A stretch of 64,000 bases of DNA from Candidatus Acidiferrales bacterium (GCA_049287725.1 JBAQGJ010000123.1:19901-83900), one strand, 5' to 3'. Positions 46,465 through 55,316 are shown, numbered from the stretch's first letter. Numbers and translations: made by a program. Notes: generated from the sequence alone by a model not told the origin.

Positions 46465-48306
46465 GTGAACCCGCCGGGCCGAGACCTTCCTTCCAACATG
46501 GCCGAGCAAGCGCAACGCCGCGCCCCTGTGGCGCAGGCTCCGGACACACCGACGGACAATAATCACGCCTACGAAGAACTACGCGAACTGATCGTCAAGC
46601 CTGAGCAGGAAGGCATCGCGGCGATTCAGGATCGCCTGGAAAATCTCGAAAAACGCACGCAGGACGTCAGCTCCGTAGTCGCGGAAGCGATTCAGATGCG
46701 CCGCGAAAAAGGCGACGACGAAGCTCTCGCCGAAGCTCTCGCTCCCACCATCCAGGAAACTCTCCGCGAATCCGTCCGCCGCGATCCGCAAGTTTTGGCC
46801 GATGCGCTGTTCCCTGTCATGGGCCCCGCCATTCGCAAATCCATAAGCGAAACTTTGCGCTCGATGCTCGAGTCGTTCAACGAAGCTCTCGAGCACAGCC
46901 TCTCCTGGCAAGGCCTGAAGTGGCGCATCGAATCCTTCCGCACCGGCCGGCCCTTCGCGGAAATCGTGCTGATGCACAGCCTGCTCTATCGCGTCGAACA
47001 GGTTTTCCTGATTCATCGCGAAACTGGCTTGGTCCTCAGTCACGTTGTAGCTCCCACTGCCGCCTCGCAGGATGCGGACATGGTTGCGGGCTTGCTCTCT
47101 GCTATCCAGCAATTCGCGCGCGATTCCTTCACTCCCGAAAAGACCGAAACCCTCGGAAACATGACGTTCGAAGAGCTGCAAATTCGCGTCGTCACTGGCC
47201 CCGGCGCCGTGATCGCCGCGGCCATCCGCGGCCACGCTCCTGAAAGCTACAGCATCGCGATGGACGAAGTACTCGAAGACATCCAGCGCTTCTACGGCTC
47301 GGCGCTCGCAAACTTCAAAGGCGATGCGGCTCCATTTCGTTCAGCCGAAGATCGCATCGCCAAACTGCTCGAAACCCAGTATCGCGAGAAGGCCGTGGAA
47401 AAGAAAAAGCCGCGCGCCGCGATTATCGCTGCATCCGTAGTCGCGGCGATTCTTCTCGTCTGGGGCGTCTACTCCACGTACTTACTGGTCGAATGGTCGA
47501 GCTTCCTGCACCAACTGCGCCACCAACCCGGCATCGTGGTGGTTTCCTACTCGAAAGACGGCCGCACGTTTCACATTCAGGGATTCCGCGACCCGCTCTC
47601 CGAAGATCCCAGAAAACTCGTCGCGCAGGCCGGACTCGACCCTGACTACGCCGACTTGCAACTGGCGCCGTATTATTCGCTGGACGACGCCATCGTCGCC
47701 AAACGCGCCACCGCGCTCTTGCATCCGCCCGCCGGCGTGAAACTCACGGCCAAAGACGGCGCGCTCGACGCCGCAGGCGCCGCCCCGCAGCAATGGATCA
47801 CACGCTTCGAAGAAAGAGGACCTTGGATTGCCGGCGTAAGCAAGCTCGACGAATCCCACTTGCAGAACTCTACTGTCCAGGAATTGAACGCGCAGAAATC
47901 CGCCATTGAATCAATCGCATTGCTCTTCCCCCTCGGCCGCGCCGAACTCGAGCCCGGACAGGAAGCCTCTCTAGCGCAAGCGGAAAAGGAAATTCGTAAC
48001 CTGGTCGCACAGGCCGCGCGCCTTGGTGAAGCCGTCAGCGTTGACTTGATCGGCCATACCGATAGCACCGGCGTCGAGGCCGCCAATCTCCCGCTCAGCC
48101 AGCAGCGCGCGGACCAGATTCGCGGCAGCCTTCTGCGCAACGGCGTTAAGGAAGTCAATTTGCGCCCGCACGGCGTCGGCACTACGCAACCACTGCGCAG
48201 CGAAGAAACCGAAGACGGACGCCGCCTCAATCGCAGCGTCACGTTCAAGATTTATTTCAGCGCCGCACCCGGTAGCGCATCCTCCGGCGCTGCTCCCGAA
48301 TACTGA
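46465..48306 (+). CDS. Bitopic envelope protein: cytoplasmic coiled-coil + Roadblock/LC7-like segment, one TM helix, periplasmic region ending in an OmpA/MotB-like peptidoglycan-binding domain
   Basis: GTG 46465 with GGAGG 6 nt upstream. TM AAIIAASVVAAILLVWGVYSTYLLV (nt ~47413-47490). C-terminus VDLIGHTDSTG....N..LSQQRAD.IR..L...GV.......GVG...P.......DGRRLNRSVTFKI is the OmpA-like signature. Confidence 0.75.
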   Translation: MNPPGRDLPSNMAEQAQRRAPVAQAPDTPTDNNHAYEELRELIVKPEQEGIAAIQDRLENLEKRTQDVSSVVAEAIQMRREKGDDEALAEALAPTIQETLRESVRRDPQVLADALFPVMGPAIRKSISETLRSMLESFNEALEHSLSWQGLKWRIESFRTGRPFAEIVLMHSLLYRVEQVFLIHRETGLVLSHVVAPTAASQDADMVAGLLSAIQQFARDSFTPEKTETLGNMTFEELQIRVVTGPGAVIAAAIRGHAPESYSIAMDEVLEDIQRFYGSALANFKGDAAPFRSAEDRIAKLLETQYREKAVEKKKPRAAIIAASVVAAILLVWGVYSTYLLVEWSSFLHQLRHQPGIVVVSYSKDGRTFHIQGFRDPLSEDPRKLVAQAGLDPDYADLQLAPYYSLDDAIVAKRATALLHPPAGVKLTAKDGALDAAGAAPQQWITRFEERGPWIAGVSKLDESHLQNSTVQELNAQKSAIESIALLFPLGRAELEPGQEASLAQAEKEIRNLVAQAARLGEAVSVDLIGHTDSTGVEAANLPLSQQRADQIRGSLLRNGVKEVNLRPHGVGTTQPLRSEETEDGRRLNRSVTFKIYFSAAPGSASSGAAPEY

Positions 48307-48318
48307 GCGAACATCGCC

Positions 48319-48816
48319 ATGCTCCAGAAGAAAGTCTGCATGCTGGGTTCGTTCTCCGTGGGTAAGACCAGTCTCGTGCGGCGTTTCGTCGAAAGTATCT
48401 TCGATGAAACGTATCACACCACCATCGGCGTTAAAGTAGACAAGAAAATCGTGAAAGTGAACGCCGAAGACGTCACGTTGATGCTGTGGGACATTTACGG
48501 CGAAGACATTTTTCAGAAGATGCGCATGTCCTATCTGCGCGGTATGTCCGGCTATCTCCTGGTCGTTGACGGCACTCGTCGCCAAACGCTTGCAGACGCG
48601 CTCGCCTTGCATGAACGAATCGTCCAAGAAATCGGCAAGCTTCCGGCGGTGCTGGTCCTCAATAAAGACGATCTAAGGGACCAATGGGAAATTGACCCCG
48701 CCCAGGAAGCGACACTCACCGAAAATGGCTGGACCGTTCGGCACACCAGTGCGAAGACCGGTGAAGCGGTCGAAAACGTTTTCCTCCATCTCGGGCAAGC
48801 AATGCTGGCCGGCTAA
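48319..48816 (+). CDS. Ras-superfamily (Rab/Ras-like) small GTPase, 165 aa
   Basis: G1 GSFSVGKTS, switch I YHTTIGV, G3 WDIYGED, G4 LNKDD, G5 TSAKTGEAVENVF. Starts 12 nt after the upstream stop. Confidence 0.85.
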   Translation: MLQKKVCMLGSFSVGKTSLVRRFVESIFDETYHTTIGVKVDKKIVKVNAEDVTLMLWDIYGEDIFQKMRMSYLRGMSGYLLVVDGTRRQTLADALALHERIVQEIGKLPAVLVLNKDDLRDQWEIDPAQEATLTENGWTVRHTSAKTGEAVENVFLHLGQAMLAG

Positions 48817-50889
48817 ATGTACTCGAGTTCCATTTTTGAATCGTTTTTCGCCGCGCAGGGTTACGCGCTCTTTGAACATCTCGGCGACGGCAATTTCCGC
48901 CTCATCGGCGGTTGGCCGTCCTGGTGCGCGGATATCTGGAGCCCGCGGCCCGCAGGCGAGGCAATCATCCGCTTGGGCGATAATTCACCATTCCTCGAGA
49001 ATTTCCTTTTCGAAGCGGGTGAATTCTGGAACTCCAAGCCTACCGGCTCGCTGAATTCCGGCAATTGGAGCGAGCGCGGCGCCTCCGCGAAAGACACGCC
49101 TCTTGAAGCCTCCGCCTACTGGCTCGAAGGAAAACAGATTCTCATCGTTCGCAATCTCTCCGAGACATTCGCGCAGCAACAAGCCTGGTTCCAAACCGCC
49201 CGCAATTCCCTGCTCGAACACGAAAAGCTCATCAAGGAAATCCAGAAGAAGGAAATCCTGCTGCATTGCATCGTTCACGACCTCACCCAGCCTCTCAGCG
49301 CCATGAACGGAGTGTTTTCTCTCCTCAAGCGCGAAGCCCTGGCCCCGGCGTTGAAGAAATATGTCATCTCCGGCGAACGTGAATCGCAGCGCCAGGAACT
49401 GATGATCCGTGGGATTCTGGAAGCATTTTCCGGCGACCTCGCCGCTCAACAAATTAACGATGCCGCCGCAACAGAAGTTCCGGACTTGCTAGCCTGTGCG
49501 AAACAAGTGATCGAGGAATTCTCGACTGCCTTTCGTGAACGCGGCGTCCGTCTGCGCCTCGATCCGCGCACGAATACCTCGCGCGACTGGCACGTAATAG
49601 GCGATGCTTCGCGCCTCGATCGCGTCTTTGGCAACTTGCTGGAAAACGCGATGCGCTACACGCCGAAAGGCTCAATGGTTACGGTCGGCCTGGAAGATCA
49701 AGGCGATTCCGTGCTGGCCTTCGTGGACGACGAAGGCCCTGGGCTGCCTCCCGGCCAGCGCGTCGATCAGCTTTTTGCGCTCTTTGCGAAAGGCAAGTCG
49801 AACGCAGGCAAAGCCGGCCTCGGGCTCTATTTCTGCAAGATCACGGTCGAGCGGTGGGGCGGCACGATCGGCGCGCTAACTCGTGAGCCGCACGGCGCGC
49901 GATTCTGGTTCCGCCTGCCCCGCGCGGTGAAGGCCGCGGAACTAACAAAAGCCGCGCCGCCAGACAAACCCTCTGGAAAAGAGAAATCGCGCGAAAGAGG
50001 CAAAGCCGAAAGGTCTCTCCGTATCCTCATCGCCGACGATGCCGAGCTCAATCGCGATCTCGTCGTCGAATTGCTTCAGAAGCGCGGACATGAAGCGGAA
50101 GCAGTAGCCGACGGCCGCGCCGCGCTCGCGGCTCTCGGTCGCCACGCCTTTGACGTCGTTCTCATGGACGAGGAAATGCCGCGCATGACCGGCCTCGAAG
50201 CGACACGCGCCATTCGCCAGCGGGAGGCGGGCTCAGGCAAGCACCAGATCATCATCGGCCTGAGCGGGCATGCCACCGAAGAGGACGAAGCCCGTTTTCG
50301 CGAAGCAGGCATGGACGCCGTTCTCGCCAAGCCCGTTCACATGGACAAGCTGTACTGGGTCGTCGAATCCACGGCACAAAGTATGCGGAAATCTGCGACG
50401 CGTGCTTCGTCGCTCACCGAACAGCTCCCGCCGGACGCGTCGCAATCTTCGGCGCCGATGCCAACTGCGGCTTCGAACGCAGCGGCGGCTTCCGAAGATG
50501 CTCACGCGCACCTCCGCCGCACTATCGGCGGAAACGAACGGCTAATCCACTCGCTCGCGAAAACGTTTCTGGCCGACGCGCCGAAGACTCTCGCTCTCAT
50601 CCGCAAAGCCATTGCCAATAAAGATCACGCCAAGCTAGCCAGCGCCGCACACCTGCTGAAAGGCTCCATCGCAATCTTTGGCGCGCCCAAAGCTGTGGCT
50701 GCCGCCCGCAATCTCGAAACCTTGGGGCGCGAGCGCAATCTGGCCGGCGCCGAAAACACCCTGCACGTTCTCGAATCCGAGTTCACAATTCTCCAGCAGG
50801 AACTTCACGTGATCCAATCCGCGCCTGAACCAGCCACGCGTCGAAAACCGCAACCGCGCAGTCGCAGCAACGCGCGCTTTCGTCGCTAA
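48817..50889 (+). CDS. Soluble hybrid sensor kinase: unknown N-terminal domain + HisKA + HATPase_c + REC + HPt
   Basis: ATG directly abuts the GTPase TAA. H-box IVHDLTQPLSA (His154). N/G boxes (NLLENAMRYT, DDEGPGL, GLGLYFC). REC (ILIADD, VVLMDEEMPRMTG, LAKP). HPt (AAHLLKGS, His612). No TM helix. Confidence 0.85.
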   Translation: MYSSSIFESFFAAQGYALFEHLGDGNFRLIGGWPSWCADIWSPRPAGEAIIRLGDNSPFLENFLFEAGEFWNSKPTGSLNSGNWSERGASAKDTPLEASAYWLEGKQILIVRNLSETFAQQQAWFQTARNSLLEHEKLIKEIQKKEILLHCIVHDLTQPLSAMNGVFSLLKREALAPALKKYVISGERESQRQELMIRGILEAFSGDLAAQQINDAAATEVPDLLACAKQVIEEFSTAFRERGVRLRLDPRTNTSRDWHVIGDASRLDRVFGNLLENAMRYTPKGSMVTVGLEDQGDSVLAFVDDEGPGLPPGQRVDQLFALFAKGKSNAGKAGLGLYFCKITVERWGGTIGALTREPHGARFWFRLPRAVKAAELTKAAPPDKPSGKEKSRERGKAERSLRILIADDAELNRDLVVELLQKRGHEAEAVADGRAALAALGRHAFDVVLMDEEMPRMTGLEATRAIRQREAGSGKHQIIIGLSGHATEEDEARFREAGMDAVLAKPVHMDKLYWVVESTAQSMRKSATRASSLTEQLPPDASQSSAPMPTAASNAAAASEDAHAHLRRTIGGNERLIHSLAKTFLADAPKTLALIRKAIANKDHAKLASAAHLLKGSIAIFGAPKAVAAARNLETLGRERNLAGAENTLHVLESEFTILQQELHVIQSAPEPATRRKPQPRSRSNARFRR

Positions 50890-51215
50890 TTTCCGCCTGA
50901 ATGATAAACGTCGCTCGTTTGACTTTCGCTTTTTATTCGCCTACACTAATTTCTGCATGAACCCAATACGGCGGGTGCTTTCGCTGTCCCATTGCCTTTC
51001 AGGGTGATCGCAGGTGACCACCCGGCTCTCCCGGACCGCGGCGCACCCGCCCCCAGTTCCGCAAGCACTGCGGCGCCCTACCCTGGTGGCGTCGCGACGG
51101 GCTCATCCCACTCTGGTCCCGGTGCCTGCGAAAACCGCGCCTTCTGCTGACTAAACGGGCACCCTTGCGGTACGCGTGCTTGCTGCCCGGCTCGGGCGGC
51201 GTGATACTCGGAGCC

Positions 51216-52205
51216 ATGAAACGGGGGATTGCGCTCGCAGGCTACCTCGCTGGACTCGCTGCCCTGCTGTTGCCGGCAACTGCGGCGCGCGCCGACGAGA
51301 TCAAGCTCAAGGATGGCTCGAAGATCATCGGCACGATCGTCGGCTTCGAGGACAATTCCTTCAGGGTGAAGACCAGCTACGGATTCGCGGTAGTGCAGAA
51401 AGACCAGGTCGTCTCCATCGTCGTCACAGACAGCGCGAAGAAGCCCGAACCGAACGCGCCGAAAACTGCCACCGCGGCTGCCGCGCCTGCGTCCGCAGCT
51501 ACACCGGCACCAAATTCACCGTCTGCGAAGACCGAAAAGGCGGAGCATGCAGTCGCAGCTCCGCCGAAGCCTGCCGCAACAGACTCTGCATCCAACGACG
51601 TTGTCGAATATCCGCACACGGACGCGCCGTCGGCGTCTGCGAACGGCGCGCCACCTTCCGCAGCGGTGAAGAATCCGCCGCAGCCGAAAGTTACGCCGGT
51701 TGCTGCGCCTCCACCGCCGAAACCTGCCGCGCCGGAGCCGATGCGCGAAGCAGTGAGTGGGAATACTTACACGAACGACACCTATGGGTTCCGCATGTAC
51801 AAACCGCCGGACTGGCATGTGATCGCGGGCGCGAGCAAGATTCTTCCCGGCGCAATCACGGCGATGGGCACGGACGATCAGACCACTTACTTGATGATCG
51901 GGCAGGAAACCGGAGGCAAATCACTGACGAGCGTGATTGACGCCGCAGACAAGCGGCTGCACGACGTGATGGACAACTTCCGGCCGCTCGACGAAAAGCA
52001 CGTGACCATTTCGGGCGTCACGGCAATCGAGCGGCGGTTTCGCGGGAGCGTGGACGAGCACGACTGGTCCGGAGTCGCTGTTTACATTCCACGCGGCAAT
52101 AGCGTGTACACAATCTTCGGCATGACGCTGGCGAGCACCGACCTGGTGCAAATTCAGGAAAACGTAATTTCCCGCGCCATTACCAGCCTGCAATTCACTA
52201 AGTAG
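51216..52205 (+). CDS. Secreted protein with Pro/Ala-rich linker and C-terminal globular domain, unknown function
   Basis: Signal peptide MKRGIALAGYLAGLAALLLPATAARA/DE. About 120 aa of low-complexity P/A/S, then a ~150-aa domain. Confidence 0.6.
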   Translation: MKRGIALAGYLAGLAALLLPATAARADEIKLKDGSKIIGTIVGFEDNSFRVKTSYGFAVVQKDQVVSIVVTDSAKKPEPNAPKTATAAAAPASAATPAPNSPSAKTEKAEHAVAAPPKPAATDSASNDVVEYPHTDAPSASANGAPPSAAVKNPPQPKVTPVAAPPPPKPAAPEPMREAVSGNTYTNDTYGFRMYKPPDWHVIAGASKILPGAITAMGTDDQTTYLMIGQETGGKSLTSVIDAADKRLHDVMDNFRPLDEKHVTISGVTAIERRFRGSVDEHDWSGVAVYIPRGNSVYTIFGMTLASTDLVQIQENVISRAITSLQFTK

Positions 52206-52290
52206 CGACCGAGAATTTGCGAGCGCAGCTTGTAGCCGCCTTGCGGATTCAGCGTTCGCGAGCAGTCGGAACCGAGCAGCACCTAACTCC

Positions 52291-52308
52291 GGCGAGGCAA
52301 GCCTCGCC
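52291..52308. terminator. Hairpin between convergent genes (secreted protein / pmbA)
   Basis: GGCGAGGcaagCCTCGCC followed by TT. Weak T-tract. Confidence 0.35.
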
Positions 52309-52418
52309 TTGCAACAGGCGTGAGCAAGCTCCCGCACTCCCAGATGTTGGCGGCGTTTCCACCTCGATGCGCGTGCGAGCCGCGGAGCGCTCTAATCTCT
52401 CGCTTCGCATTTCTGAAC

Positions 52419-53855
52419 TCAGAATTTGGTGACTTCGCTGAAATGAAAGTCGCGAATCTTCATCGGCGGCACCACCATCTCGAACGATTCTTCGCCCGTG
52501 GCGCGCACTGCCGGCCCGAGCATCTCGACCTTCGCCAGCGCATCAATAATTCCTTGATTGAAGCGGAAATTGCGGATGCCGCCGGCGACGCGTCCATTTT
52601 CCACGAGGAATGTGCCGTCGCGAGTCATTCCGGTCAGCACCTTTTCGTAGGGGTCCACTTCGCGGATGTACCAGAAGCGCGTCACCAGCACGCCGCGCTC
52701 GGTGGAACGAATCATGTCGTCTACCGATTTATCGCCGCCGGAAAAAACCAGGTTCATCGGCGCTTCGCCGTATTCATTCGGCAGCGTGAAGCCGTGGCCG
52801 GTGGGTTTCGCCTTCATTTTCTTTGCGGTAACGCGCGAATAAACCAAATTCTTGGGAACGCCATGATCTACTAGCAGCACTTTCTGCCGCGGCAAGCCTT
52901 CGCCGTCCCAAGGCGCGCCCACTTGCAGCGGATGGTAGACGTCGTCCCACAACGTGATGTTTTCGCCGAAAATCTTCTTGCCCATGCGCTCGTTGAGGCA
53001 GGAACGCTTATCGAGAATGGCCATTCCGGCAAAATCGTAAAAAATCGAGCCCACAAAATCGAGCGCCGCGGCCGGCTCCAGAATCGCCGTGTAGTAGCCC
53101 GGCTCCAGCTCGCGCGGTTTGCGCGAGCCCGCGGCCTTTTCGCTGGCGCTTTCAAAAAGCGCGTCCGGGTCAATATTCAAAATGTCCGGCGAATTGGACT
53201 TCGCCCAGCCCGAGGAATTCTCCTCGAGAATCGTGACGGAAAACTCAGCGCGCGTGTCGTCATGCCGGGCGGAAAGTCCCTTGGAATTCGCCAGCACGTT
53301 GCGCACGAATCCCGTGGTGAAAATTCCGGCGGCGGTTTGCTTCCCTTCTTCCGCCATTTTGCAAACGCGCGTGACGGCTCGCGCACGGTCTTGCGGAGTG
53401 GCGGAAACGGTCGAAGCGAAGAAGTGCGCAACCTTCTGATATTTCTGGGGCCCCAGCATCGGCAGCGGATCGGGATTTTCCGGCTGGTTGCGTGCCAAAT
53501 TCATGGCGGCCGCAACCACGCGGCGCAACGACTCTTCGTCGGTCTTGTTCGTGGTCGCGCGCGCGGTATGGCCATCCACCACTGCGCGCACAGAAATGCC
53601 AAGTGTGTGCTCGGAAACGTTCTGATGGATCGTATTGTTCGCGAAACGCGTCAGCGCATCTACAGTCGAATCAATTTCGACTTCCGTCTCGTCGGCTTCG
53701 CTCAATTTCAAAATGCGTTCAGCGATGTGTTCCAGGTCTGACGCCGAATACCGCGCACTTGCTACATAGCCCGTGGAATTCCCTGATGAAGCCCGTGGCA
53801 GCGCGCGCTTCTTGCGCGCGCGTGACTTCGATAGCGATTTTTTCTTCGCGGCCAT
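52419..53855 (-). CDS. pmbA: PmbA/TldE-family protein (TldD partner)
   Basis: TldD/PmbA fold pattern without the HExxxH site. ATG abuts the tldD stop (TAAATG). Lys/Arg-rich N-terminal ~25 aa. Confidence 0.85.
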   Translation of the reverse strand: MAAKKKSLSKSRARKKRALPRASSGNSTGYVASARYSASDLEHIAERILKLSEADETEVEIDSTVDALTRFANNTIHQNVSEHTLGISVRAVVDGHTARATTNKTDEESLRRVVAAAMNLARNQPENPDPLPMLGPQKYQKVAHFFASTVSATPQDRARAVTRVCKMAEEGKQTAAGIFTTGFVRNVLANSKGLSARHDDTRAEFSVTILEENSSGWAKSNSPDILNIDPDALFESASEKAAGSRKPRELEPGYYTAILEPAAALDFVGSIFYDFAGMAILDKRSCLNERMGKKIFGENITLWDDVYHPLQVGAPWDGEGLPRQKVLLVDHGVPKNLVYSRVTAKKMKAKPTGHGFTLPNEYGEAPMNLVFSGGDKSVDDMIRSTERGVLVTRFWYIREVDPYEKVLTGMTRDGTFLVENGRVAGGIRNFRFNQGIIDALAKVEMLGPAVRATGEESFEMVVPPMKIRDFHFSEVTKF

Positions 53856-55316
53856 TTATTTGGAGAACGCCACTCCCACCTTCACGTTGCGAAACCGCGC
53901 CGGCGATGCGCCGTGCCCCGTGCCCATCGTCTGCATCGGCTGTCCTTTGCCGCAATTGGGCGTGCCCCACAGCGTCCAGTGCTCGCGGGAGCAGATCGCA
54001 TCGCAACTGTTCCAGAATTCCGTGGTGATCCCGCTATAGCTGGGATTCTTGATCATGCGGCCCTTCTTGCCGCCTTTGATCTCCCAGCCAATTTCCGTGG
54101 AAAACTGAAAATGGTAGCGGCGGTCGTCAATGGACCACGAGCGGTTGGTCTCCATCAAAATGGCGTCGTCCGTATCCGCAATCAAATCGTCATAATTCCA
54201 CGCGCCGGGATTGATACTGATATTTGTCATGCGAATCATAGGCAGCCGGTTCCACGATTCCGTGCGCATGGTGCCGTTCGAGCGCGTCTCGCCGATGGCG
54301 GAAGCGAGCTCGCGATTACTCAGATACCCCGTAAAAAGCCCGTCAGTGATGATCGGAGTGCATTGCGCCGGCACGCCTTCGTCGTCGTAAGCAAACGTGC
54401 CGAGCCCTGGCCCATGCGCGAGCCGCGCGTCGGCCACTACATTCACAATGTCCGAGCCATATTTCAATTTCCGGAGCTTGTCCACCGTGAGAAAACTCAT
54501 CCCGGCGAAATTCGCTTCCTGGCCGAGCACGCGGTCGAGTTCAATGGGATGGCCGATGGATTCGTGAATCTGCAAGCCCAGCTGCGAGCCGCCGAGAATA
54601 ATCGTCTGCGTCCCCTCCGGGCATTGCGCGGCCGAGTGCAGCGCTACGGCTTCTTCGCCGATCCGTTGGGCATTACCCACCAGATCGAACGATTCGATCA
54701 GTTCGTAACCCTGCAGCGAATGCTGCCCGCCGAAACTATTCGGATACGAGCGCTTTTGAATTTCGCTGCCCGCAAAACTCGTCGCGACGATCCCGCCGCC
54801 CGCATGCATCTTGACCTGATGAATGGAGGAGCCAATGCTGGAGACAAATAGCTGGTCGATCCGCTTGAAGGACATCGAGCCTTCCGCCAGCGTGACGCCC
54901 TTCACGCCGAGCATTTGCTTGTCCGCGGCAATCAACAAATCAATCTGTCTCTCGACGGGAATCCGAAAAGGATCTTTCAGAAATGGATTCTGCCACGTGT
55001 CTACGTAGGCTTCTTCGGGGGCGAGCGCCACGTTCTCGCGCTTCGCGAGCGCGGAAGCTTTCGCGATGGCCACCGCTTCGGCGGCGCACGCCTGCACTCC
55101 CTCGCGAGTGAGCCGGTCCGTGGACGCAAATCCCCAAGCGCCGCTCGCGATCACACGAACGCCGATCCCCAGCGTTTCCGATTCGACGAGCGTACCTACT
55201 TCGCCGTTTTTCGTGCCGAGTTCGCGCTGGCGGATGTCCATCACGCGCGCGTCGGCATAGCTTGCTCCACGGCGTTTGGCCGTCTCGATTGCCCAATGGG
55301 CCCAGTCCTGCATCAT
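53856..55316 (-). CDS. tldD: TldD-family metalloprotease
   Basis: 486 aa. HESIGHPIELDR (HExxxH) and a C-terminal GxC-rich region typical of TldD. Confidence 0.9.
   Translation of the reverse strand: MMQDWAHWAIETAKRRGASYADARVMDIRQRELGTKNGEVGTLVESETLGIGVRVIASGAWGFASTDRLTREGVQACAAEAVAIAKASALAKRENVALAPEEAYVDTWQNPFLKDPFRIPVERQIDLLIAADKQMLGVKGVTLAEGSMSFKRIDQLFVSSIGSSIHQVKMHAGGGIVATSFAGSEIQKRSYPNSFGGQHSLQGYELIESFDLVGNAQRIGEEAVALHSAAQCPEGTQTIILGGSQLGLQIHESIGHPIELDRVLGQEANFAGMSFLTVDKLRKLKYGSDIVNVVADARLAHGPGLGTFAYDDEGVPAQCTPIITDGLFTGYLSNRELASAIGETRSNGTMRTESWNRLPMIRMTNISINPGAWNYDDLIADTDDAILMETNRSWSIDDRRYHFQFSTEIGWEIKGGKKGRMIKNPSYSGITTEFWNSCDAICSREHWTLWGTPNCGKGQPMQTMGTGHGASPARFRNVKVGVAFSK

Noticed and set aside
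50890-51215. GC-rich 326-nt intergenic region with several imperfect stems (e.g. GGGTGATCGCAGGTGACCACCC), considered as a structured ncRNA (SRP, 6S, riboswitch).
   Set aside because: No conserved motif of 4.5S, 6S, tmRNA, RNase P or a common riboswitch was recognisable, and the stems are imperfect. The call cannot be supported without Rfam/CM scanning or conservation data.
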